Shown here: positions 45,270-52,832 of the stretch, in pieces
Layout of the letters: each line of letters begins with the position of its first letter
How positions within the stretch are numbered: position 1 is the first letter of the stretch
Program-made: the position numbers and the translations under genes
Source of the DNA: an uncultured Acidobacteriaceae bacterium
GTDB taxonomy: Bacteria > Acidobacteriota > Terriglobia > Terriglobales > Acidobacteriaceae
DNA: 52,832 nt
Assembly (NCBI GenBank): GCA_964246125.1
Contig: CAXTPN010000002.1
Coordinates: forward strand, 1-52,832
Direction: 5' to 3'
The notes under the pieces: generated by a model
What the model was told of the DNA's origin: nothing
The model's input: only the letters and a program-made list of their open reading frames with translations
The model's database searches: none

Positions 45270-48200
45270 TTAGAACAAGAACTTGGCCGAGAGCTGGAGG
45301 ATACGAGGGTCTCTCACCCCAATGGTTTGGCCGAAGGTGCTCGGCGCATTGAAGTCAGACGCAGGCTGAAGGAAGTTGGGGTGGTTGAAAACGTTAAAGG
45401 CCTCGGCGCGAAGCTGCAGGTGTAGCTTTTCTGTGAAAAGTGCAAAGTTCTTCATGACTGCGGGATCGACATGCACGTAAGCGGGAGCTCTGAGCGAGTT
45501 ACGCTGCTGGTTTCCGTATGTGCCCGGAGTATTGGCCGTAAAAGCCTTGATGTTGAGTGTTCCTCCTACATAAGTTGGGACTCCTGGCACGGTATTGGCG
45601 AGATCGAGCCCTAGACCGGTCTGAGAAGCTCCTGCACCATCCGTCACGCTGAACGGCTGACCGGCGTCTGCGACTACAAGTCCCGTGATCGACCACGACC
45701 CGAGAGCCGTCTGCACAAGCCTGTTGCTTCCCTTCAGGGCGGGAAGATTCCAAACCACTGTCGTCCGTGACGTGAGGTTCTGATCAAAGTCACAACGGCC
45801 GCGACGAGCACCGGGCAAGTAGGCACCATTTGCCACTCGATTGTCACCGAGTCCGGTCGCACCGTAAATTCCCGTGGTAGTCGGAGGAACCGAGCCATCA
45901 TCCAAGCACTTGGACCAATTGAACGCGGACACCAGATCGAGTCCACCTCCCCCGTGGTGACGGAAAGTGAAGTTCAGCCCGTTGTAATTCGCGGTCGAAT
46001 TGCTCACCAAGGTCAGGATTTGCGTGAGTCCTTCGGCTCCGTATGGCCTCGTACCAAGCGCAGTGGGTGTCGCACTGTTGAAGACGGGCAAGTTGGCATC
46101 GTAGCTCTGCGCAACGTGAACACTCTCTGTGCCGATATAGGCTAACTCGATACTGTCGGAACGCGTGAATGCTTGCTGGAGTGATAGTGAGAACTGCTGG
46201 ACATAAGCGGGTCTGAACTTCGGGTCTAGTGCTGAGCCGGAGAGCCCGATAGCCGTGGCATTCGCAAAGCTCACATTTGCAGGTGGCTGATAGCTCGCGT
46301 CTTGAAAGCCCCCCGCAAACGGGTCCGTCTTGCCGTTTGAGGTCCACGGCGAGTCGATATTCTCAAATCCGACTGGTGTAACTGTCAGAAACGAACGCGT
46401 GAAGGGCGGCGCGACGAAGCCGCCTAGGCTCACAAGCTGAAATTGCGTCGAGTAGAGACCGTACCCACCGCGCAACGCGGTATTTCCCTTCGAGTCAAGC
46501 TGATACGCAAAGCCTAACCGAGGCTGAACGATGTTGTACTTCGACGAGGTTCCGCCGCTGCTGCAATTTGGATCTCCGGGGTAAATCAAACCAAGCGGCG
46601 CGTTGGTATAGACCTTCGATTGCTGTCCTGCATTGAAACAGCTGATGTGGCCGTTAGCCGGCGTGTATGGCAGGAAGGGATCCCACCGCAACCCGCCCGT
46701 AAGGGTTAGCCGACTCGTCGCCCGATACTTGTCCTGCGCATAGATGCCGAACAAATGTCCGGTGATGTCCTGGAAGGCGCCATCTCCTTGCAGGAATTCG
46801 TACGGATAACCTTCCTGGAGGTCCGCCAGAGCGTTATTGTCCAGAGCACCGGGCCCAAGATACAGTGTGTGCAAACCAACAAACGCAAATTGTGGATTCT
46901 GCGACCCTACATCATTCTGGGTGTACTTTATGAACCTGAATTCCGTACCGAAATCAAGCTCATGCTTCCCCCCGGAGTGGAGAACATTGAGACTGTAGTC
47001 GTTGGAAGTGGACTTGCTCGTGCCACTGTCCCCACCAGCCGCAAACAGACTTCCGATAGCGTAGAAGGTGGACAGCGTGGGCTGCGCGCCGATCGTTACC
47101 CCCGTAGCCCCTAGTTTTACGAGATTCAGGTTAGACAGGCTTGGGTCGGGTGCGCTAGTTGTTTCTGCACTGATATAGGACGCACGGCCATCGATGACGA
47201 AAGCCCTATGCACCCAGGTATCGCCCACCGCATAAGCATTCCACTTGCCGGCCTGACCCTGTGTTGCAGTCAACAAGTTGAAGCCGCTGGCAGTTTGAGT
47301 GCTAGGAGAGATCGGATTCGAAGCGATGGTTAGACGGTCCGTAAAGTAGCGGGCAAAGATTCGATGAGCGCCAACGGTGAAATCCACCTTGACAACGCCC
47401 TGAGGATCATTCGTCCTAAGCGGCGACGTCGAATTGTAATATTGCAAAAGGCCATTAACCGCAAAGTTCGGTGGCGGGATGTATTTGAATAGATTTGTTG
47501 CAACCTTGCTCAGTGGAACCTGCACTACTGTTCCAGTGGAGATCTGCTTGAATTGACCTTTCTGTTGGTTCTCAGATGGCGTCACCAGTCCGACATTTGC
47601 GTCAATAAGGTTTTGAGCGCGAATGGCCGTCTGTTGGTAGGAGCCAAATACGAAGAGTCTGTTCTTGAGGATAGGTCCGCCTGCGGCAAAGCCATATTGG
47701 TTCCGCTTCAGAGTGTCTGGCGTCGTCGAGAAGTAATTCTGCGCATTCGCGGCGCCGTTCCGGATGAACTCAAACACGGAACCGTGGATGGCGTTTGTCC
47801 CAGATCGCGTAACAATGTTCACCGCCCCCCCAGGTGCAGAGACATAGCGCGCACCGTAGCTACCGGTCACCACAGAGAACTCCTGTGTCGCGTCAGGATT
47901 AGGAAACGGTCCCCCGACTACTGCAAGGGGCTCGACATTTGTCGCCCCATCTAGCGAGAAGTACGTGCCGCCCGGACGTACACCATTGGCAGTAGGGGCA
48001 CTCTCATTGAGCAGGTTAGCGCCCGGAGCTATAGGTACGTTCGCATTCGTCCCTTTTGGGTTTAGGAGTGCGTCCGTAACTCCAGGTGCGGTGTAGACCA
48101 GCGCCGCAGGGTTGCGGCCATTCAGAGGAAGTCCCTCCACCACCGCTTGATCCACTACCGTTTGGATAGTACTGTCGGTGCTGTCAATGGCCGGGGTACC

Positions 48201-48596
48201 ACCCGCGACAGTGATCTCTACGTTAGCCGCCCCGACTTTAAGCGCGACCTGAACAGTTGCCGACTGACCCACAGTGAGCACGATGCCGGTCTGTTCGTAG
48301 CCCTCGAATCCCTCCCTGGTGACCTTCAATGTATATGGGCCGAGAGGTAGAGTCGAAAAACGGAAGAACCCGTCTTGCTTGGTCTGCACGTCTGAAGTGA
48401 AGTTCGTCTCTGTCTGAATCACGATCACTCTTGCGTCGGGAACCACCGCGCCGGTTACGTCTTTGACAGTTCCGTTCAGAGAAGCGGTAGAGCTCTGACC
48501 AAACAGGCGCACGGGTGTCAGCAGGCAGAGGACCATAACGAAAAACGCTGTCGCTGACAACCTGCTCATTGAGCGACCTAAATCATTGTTTAGCAT
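45270..48596 (-). CDS. TonB-dependent receptor (Oar-like, N-terminal carboxypeptidase-regulatory-like domain)
   Basis: GTVKDVTGAVVP, LPLNGRN, VNIVTRSGTN..HGS.FEF.RN, RNQYG..GGPI.K, GLRWD, QPRLGFAY, RAEAFNVFNHPNF and terminal F. AAGGAG before the ATG at 48596. Confidence 0.92.
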   Translation of the reverse strand: MLNNDLGRSMSRLSATAFFVMVLCLLTPVRLFGQSSTASLNGTVKDVTGAVVPDARVIVIQTETNFTSDVQTKQDGFFRFSTLPLGPYTLKVTREGFEGYEQTGIVLTVGQSATVQVALKVGAANVEITVAGGTPAIDSTDSTIQTVVDQAVVEGLPLNGRNPAALVYTAPGVTDALLNPKGTNANVPIAPGANLLNESAPTANGVRPGGTYFSLDGATNVEPLAVVGGPFPNPDATQEFSVVTGSYGARYVSAPGGAVNIVTRSGTNAIHGSVFEFIRNGAANAQNYFSTTPDTLKRNQYGFAAGGPILKNRLFVFGSYQQTAIRAQNLIDANVGLVTPSENQQKGQFKQISTGTVVQVPLSKVATNLFKYIPPPNFAVNGLLQYYNSTSPLRTNDPQGVVKVDFTVGAHRIFARYFTDRLTIASNPISPSTQTASGFNLLTATQGQAGKWNAYAVGDTWVHRAFVIDGRASYISAETTSAPDPSLSNLNLVKLGATGVTIGAQPTLSTFYAIGSLFAAGGDSGTSKSTSNDYSLNVLHSGGKHELDFGTEFRFIKYTQNDVGSQNPQFAFVGLHTLYLGPGALDNNALADLQEGYPYEFLQGDGAFQDITGHLFGIYAQDKYRATSRLTLTGGLRWDPFLPYTPANGHISCFNAGQQSKVYTNAPLGLIYPGDPNCSSGGTSSKYNIVQPRLGFAYQLDSKGNTALRGGYGLYSTQFQLVSLGGFVAPPFTRSFLTVTPVGFENIDSPWTSNGKTDPFAGGFQDASYQPPANVSFANATAIGLSGSALDPKFRPAYVQQFSLSLQQAFTRSDSIELAYIGTESVHVAQSYDANLPVFNSATPTALGTRPYGAEGLTQILTLVSNSTANYNGLNFTFRHHGGGGLDLVSAFNWSKCLDDGSVPPTTTGIYGATGLGDNRVANGAYLPGARRGRCDFDQNLTSRTTVVWNLPALKGSNRLVQTALGSWSITGLVVADAGQPFSVTDGAGASQTGLGLDLANTVPGVPTYVGGTLNIKAFTANTPGTYGNQQRNSLRAPAYVHVDPAVMKNFALFTEKLHLQLRAEAFNVFNHPNFLQPASDFNAPSTFGQTIGVRDPRILQLSAKFLF

Positions 48597-48643
48597 GTTC
48601 TCTCCTTGGCCATCGCCCAAAACCCTGCGGTCTTTATTACTTG

Positions 48644-48717
48644 CGGCAGTCCACGTAGTATTTGACAGTTTCTGCCAGTCAGCGAAGAAGATATTGAGAT
48701 TGGTTATGGATTGTCAA
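48644..48717 (-). promoter_or_regulatory. Tandem operator (copy 5) with promoter, upstream of the TonB-dependent receptor
   Basis: CGGCA-GTCCA-CGTAG (48644-48658) and TGACA-GTTTC-TGCCA (48663-48677). Minus TTGACA (48717-48712)-N18-TATCTT (48693-48688). Confidence 0.82.
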
Positions 48718-49126
48718 GTGTTTTTTTATGCTTCCGTAAAATGCTGCATATCTATGAGAGCGGGGCCTCCTCGCCGGCGCTCTAGCTCTCCGTGTACCTG
48801 TTTCGCACCGGTGGTCGCGTGAGGCATACACAGGTAAGCGCTTAGCGCGCTTGCTGCGAGATCCCCCGGGCACCTACAGCGTCGGCGCTGAGCATACAAT
48901 GTATCCCTCCTGCAGTTCATCAATCAGGATCCCTCGTCTTCCGTCAGCACTCCCGCCACGAGCAAAGCTTTGATTTGATTCGTCGGGTCCGTTTCCGCAC
49001 GCGATTCCACCATGTGAAAACTCGTGTTCCAAGTTGCTCCAGGAAATCATCCAGCCCGCAATTTGAGGCAAAACAGGCGCGGTCGGCTGCCTGAACGGGC
49101 CCTCTCAGTTTTGCTGGTCGCTGCGT

Positions 49127-50779
49127 TCATTTGACTGGAGAAGCAACGCAACTAAAGTGTTCTGCGGAGTTGGTATCTCCAGAGCCGTTGTAGTGGGCCA
49201 CAGCTGGAAAGGGACAGAGCGTACGAGTCAGCGGAGTGCCCTTGATACCAGCTTTTGGATCGGCCCCCAGTGCACCAGTGGCGATGATCCGGTCCGGAGC
49301 GATCCCTGATGTTACCCAGCGATCGAGGGCCATTACGATGTCGTGCTCTGCATCATCGGAGACACCGGCTGGAATGTCGCCGTTGCCGAAGCCCGTCGCC
49401 CCTTGGCCGCCGGCGCAGTGCTGCATTCCAGGAACCATGAATAGCCGGTAGAAAGACTCGATGGAGGCGGAGTCCTTTGCACGCGGGTCAGGATAGGTCC
49501 GGAGAAATGCCTGCACGCGGTTGTAGTAGTCAATGGAATCGCGCGGAGCAACAGCAGAATCGCCCCAGCCGTGATAGTGGATTAGCTTGCCTCCATGATC
49601 ACGGAAACTGCGCAAGTCAGGGCTCCAGCCGTTCAAAATCGCACCAGTCTTCTGCTCCGCCAAGGTCACTTCGCCGTGTAAATCGGCCGTGTGCCAGTCC
49701 CATCGAGGATCCTCATGAACGGCTTGTCCGTAAAAGGTATTCGCGAATCCGTTTTGGAGGTCCCCGAGAATCCAGGCGCTCCAACCAAGAGGGTCAGCCT
49801 CGGAGCCGGGTTCATAACCCGGGTAGATTTGTTCGCCGGTAACGGGATCTTTAGGGCCACCGTAAATCTTCCTCAGAGTGACCAGCTCTTGCTGGGTAAG
49901 GCACTCAGCAGAATCTGCTCCATGGCAAAGCAGAACAGATGGATCGAAGTGGCAGCTCAAAGGATTTTCGATGAGCCCATCTTTGACCCCGTCCAACTCA
50001 TCGCACTGTTTGAGCGCCGTCTTCTGAATAAGAGACAACTTGCCGATAGGAATCTTGCTTTCCGGCGTCGCGTGCACCGCCATTTCATCCCAGAGGAATC
50101 CCGCGATCTGATGCGTCCAATGATTCGCGGGCGCCCCAGCGAGAATGCCGTCGAAGTCTTCGGGATAGCGCTCAGCTTCGACAAACGCCTCACGACCTCC
50201 ATCGGAGCAACCAGAGAAATAGGCTTGACTGTTCGGCTTGCCGTAGTACGTATCGAGAATGGCTTTGGACGCCAAGGCCGTCTCATGTACAGCGCGATAG
50301 CCAAAGTCGACCAGTTTTTCCGGGTGTCCGATCGCGAACGTTGCGTCGGGCGGAATCACAGCTTGAGAAACGTGGCCATCGTCGGTAGCTGAGACCGCGT
50401 ACCCGAGCGTTAGCGGGCGAGTAAGGCTTGCGGATGAGACTACGCCGGCCCAACCACCGTTGCCGAGCTGCATATATTTGCCGTTCCATGCACCAGCGTA
50501 TGGGAGCCACAACAGAAAGTTGATCTCTGAATCGGTCGTGGGACGTGCGGTACCCTCGACTTCGCAGTGGCGTGGAACATTGCCTTGGGGTTGTGAAGAC
50601 TGGCCGGGCGCCTCCGGCGACTTCATCGGACCTGCCTCGACAAAGACGGCAGAGTTGATCGTTACGTGCTTGAGCGCAAGCTTCTTGAGATCCTCACATG
50701 ATTGCTGCGCCCGCACCCCATTCGGCGCAATCCCGAAAAGCACCAACACGAGAGAAATAACACCACCTTGTATGCGCAT
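49127..50779 (-). CDS. Tannase/feruloyl esterase family alpha/beta hydrolase, secreted
   Basis: WNGK..GNGG, TDDGH, YFSGCSDGGRE (CS nucleophile), DFDGILAGAP, CDELDGVKDG, HGWGD, RLFMVPGMQHC, LCPFP. Confidence 0.93.
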   Translation of the reverse strand: MRIQGGVISLVLVLFGIAPNGVRAQQSCEDLKKLALKHVTINSAVFVEAGPMKSPEAPGQSSQPQGNVPRHCEVEGTARPTTDSEINFLLWLPYAGAWNGKYMQLGNGGWAGVVSSASLTRPLTLGYAVSATDDGHVSQAVIPPDATFAIGHPEKLVDFGYRAVHETALASKAILDTYYGKPNSQAYFSGCSDGGREAFVEAERYPEDFDGILAGAPANHWTHQIAGFLWDEMAVHATPESKIPIGKLSLIQKTALKQCDELDGVKDGLIENPLSCHFDPSVLLCHGADSAECLTQQELVTLRKIYGGPKDPVTGEQIYPGYEPGSEADPLGWSAWILGDLQNGFANTFYGQAVHEDPRWDWHTADLHGEVTLAEQKTGAILNGWSPDLRSFRDHGGKLIHYHGWGDSAVAPRDSIDYYNRVQAFLRTYPDPRAKDSASIESFYRLFMVPGMQHCAGGQGATGFGNGDIPAGVSDDAEHDIVMALDRWVTSGIAPDRIIATGALGADPKAGIKGTPLTRTLCPFPAVAHYNGSGDTNSAEHFSCVASPVK

Positions 50780-51018
50780 CCGTTCCTTTCTTGGCTATCC
50801 GCTCAACCGATCGAGGTCGGCCGCAGATGTTCGGAATACAACTGATTTTCAGGAACACAAGGCCCGGCAGCGAGCGAAGTCCACGGTCTCAGCATGACTC
50901 CTCCCGCCGCATGCTTTTCTCGAAGCGGACAACACGCCCATCGACGTGATCGATACCGGTCCCGCATGTTTATGTGCTTCTTATCCATCTCTCACGCCTC
51001 TGCGGTTCCGATTCGCTA

Positions 51019-51093
51019 CGGCAGTCACGGCAAGATTCGACAGTTTATGCCATCAGGTCAGCGAAGTTAACCAAGCTGGTGCAGGCTTGTCAA
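51019..51093 (-). promoter_or_regulatory. Tandem operator (copy 6) with promoter, upstream of the tannase
   Basis: CGGCA-GTCAC-GGCAA (51019-51033) and CGACA-GTTTA-TGCCA (51038-51052). Minus TTGACA (51093-51088)-N18-TAACTT (51069-51064). Confidence 0.75.
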
Positions 51094-51249
51094 GTATGTT
51101 CTTGACCCTTTCAGAATCAACACGTGGCGACCCGGGCGTTGCGCATCGCCCATGACCTGTTTTTTCATAAAAGATCTCGCCCGAAGCCGATTATGGATGC
51201 GCAGCTTCGCTGCTTCCCTATTCAACGAGATTGCCTCCGAACATGCCGC

Positions 51250-51624
51250 AAGGAAGCAGCACGCCGGCTATTCGATCATCCTGAGCTGCCGCTTTCTGGT
51301 CGAGAAGACCTTCGGCTGGCTGAAGCAGATCGGACCGCTCGGTCAGGTGAACATGGGCGTTCTGGCCAGATGTGGACTTTCTTCGTTTTCACCTGTACCG
51401 CACACAACCTGCTCAGGCTGTCCAGGCTGATCGCGCAACGAACAACCGCAGCGCCTCACGCAGCAGTGCGCCTGAAGACTTCAAAAGAGCCAGGCTCCGC
51501 CTTCCAAGCGAACACTGTGAACCCAAGAAAGTTTAAAACAGCTCATGCGGGCGAACTTGCTTCAAAAACCACCCAGAACCCCAACCAACATGCACCGATG
51601 CTCCCTTGTTCAACAAGCTCCTAG
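51250..51624 (+). mobile_element. 3' remnant of an IS5/IS1182-type insertion sequence
   Basis: Frameshifted DDE C-terminus HAGYSI..SCRFLVEKTFGWLKQIGPL../FVFTCTAHNLLRL, followed by a terminal-repeat-like TTCAACAAGCTC and CTAG. Confidence 0.7.
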
Positions 51625-52619
51625 GAGCCGCGCCCGGTGAGTTTCAGCACCGCGGTCAGCATGCGGTCTCTCCTTGCCTCCAGTTCTTTCATTTCGGATC
51701 CCTCAACTTCCTCCAGCACTCCCGCCACCAGCAAAGCTCTGATTTCAGGCGTCAGCTCCGGTTCTCCGAGGTCATTCCACCAGGTAGAAAACGGTGTTCC
51801 AAGGTGCTCCAAGAAGTGCCTCAGCCCTCCTTCGCCACCCCCGAGGTGGAAGAGGAGATTAGGACCCATCACTGCCCATCGCGGGCCGAGGCTCGAACAG
51901 ATTAGCTCGTCTATATCGCAGACTGATATGACACCAGTCGAGACAAGGGAAACGCACTCCCTCCAAAGGGCGGCTTGGAGACGATTTGCTACGTGCCCTT
52001 TCACTTCTTTGTGGAGCCGGACTGGGCGCTTCCCGATTTGTTTCATGAAAGAAATCGCCCTGGCGATCGCATCCTCCCCTGTCAATCGGCCACCAACCAC
52101 TTCAACAGCCGGAATAAGATGCGGAGGATTAAAGGGGTGCCCAGTTAGGCAGCGCTGCGGATGCTCACACTGCGCCTGTATTTCGCTCATGAACAGGCCG
52201 GAGGAACTGGTCGACAGAATGACTTGTGCCGGGGTAAGCTGATCCATTTCGGCAAAGAGCTTCCGCTTAACGTCGATGCGTTCCGGTCCACTTTCCTGAA
52301 CCCACTCAGCACCTTGCAAGGCGTCAGATAAGTCGCTCGTAAAGCTAAGTCTGTCAAGGGAAGCCCCGCGAGCTAACCCAATCTCGATCAGGTCCGGCCA
52401 CACGCGCTCAATCAGGTTGTACAGAGTCTGCTTACCCTGCGGCGTCGGGTCTGTCGCCGCCACGTCTAATCCTCTGGAGAGAAAGTAAGCGGCCCAACTG
52501 GCGCCGATAACACCTGTGCCCACGACGGCTACTCTTTGTATCCGATCTCCAGCAGCAGTCGCCTCCAGCATCGTTATCCTCTCCAAACTCTCTCCGCTCG
52601 GTTGGAAACCAGTTTCCAT
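51621..52619 (-). CDS. 3-hydroxyacyl-CoA dehydrogenase family protein (L-carnitine/L-gulonate 3-dehydrogenase-like)
   Basis: GTGVIGASWA, VQESGPE..K, STSSSG, GHPFNPPHLIP.VE, GHVANRLQAALWRE, GPRWA.MGP. Start codon uncertain. Confidence 0.88.
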   Translation of the reverse strand: METGFQPSGESLERITMLEATAAGDRIQRVAVVGTGVIGASWAAYFLSRGLDVAATDPTPQGKQTLYNLIERVWPDLIEIGLARGASLDRLSFTSDLSDALQGAEWVQESGPERIDVKRKLFAEMDQLTPAQVILSTSSSGLFMSEIQAQCEHPQRCLTGHPFNPPHLIPAVEVVGGRLTGEDAIARAISFMKQIGKRPVRLHKEVKGHVANRLQAALWRECVSLVSTGVISVCDIDELICSSLGPRWAVMGPNLLFHLGGGEGGLRHFLEHLGTPFSTWWNDLGEPELTPEIRALLVAGVLEEVEGSEMKELEARRDRMLTAVLKLTGRGS

Positions 52620-52832
52620 AAGTACTAGGGCATGCCATTAGGACTGTAACGATGCACCAGCCGCCGATATCGAATATCAGAGTCTATGGCAAGGTCCTCG
52701 ATTGCCGTCCTCAGGAGAGAACACAAGCTCAACGCTGAGCAACCCCTAGGCTTTGGGTTGAACCTTGGAACTTTCCAGCAGCTGTAGTTGCTTTAGGCAG
52801 CCCCGCCCCTTGAGAGCATCTGCGAGCTTCCC

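Noticed and set aside
48718-49126. Short ORFs between the TonB receptor promoter and the tannase stop
   Set aside because: No convincing ribosome-binding site or motif; it may be a relic, but I cannot support that.
1-52832. CRISPR arrays, rRNA, tRNA and defence systems
   Set aside because: I saw no regularly spaced direct repeats, RNA-gene signatures or cas/defence motifs. The repeated 34-bp element is dispersed and promoter-linked, not an array.

Overview
This is a bacterial accessory region, probably from an Acidobacteriota (Terriglobia-like) genome; that assignment is inferred from the Oar-type TonB-dependent receptor and the long ParB family protein. The window opens with an ICE/plasmid-type parB gene and an intrinsic terminator. 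About 50 kb of mostly minus-strand carbohydrate and plant-glycoside catabolic genes follow. The hydrolases are an apiosidase-like DUF5060/DUF4038 protein, GH43, GH1, GH3, two GH78 rhamnosidases, a tannase/feruloyl esterase and a family-VIII esterase. There is also a probable D-apiose ABC uptake plus transketolase pathway, an EmrAB-TolC efflux pump, a FadR-linked non-phosphorylative pentose pathway, an MftR-like TetR and a TonB-dependent receptor. The main signal not explained by the ORFs is a composite 34-bp tandem operator: two 15-bp units of the type YG[AGT]CA-N5-[TC]G[CT]CA set 19 bp apart. It occurs six times, plus one degenerate copy upstream of tetR. Five copies lie 7-11 bp downstream of a TTGACA-N18-TAnnnT promoter, and the sixth is inverted behind a weaker promoter of the same spacing. 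Together they define a local regulon spread over the whole island. Three decayed remnants mark module junctions: an SDR, a GH42 and an IS5-type transposase. I saw no rRNA, tRNA or CRISPR. All protein calls come from motif recognition by eye, not from database searches.
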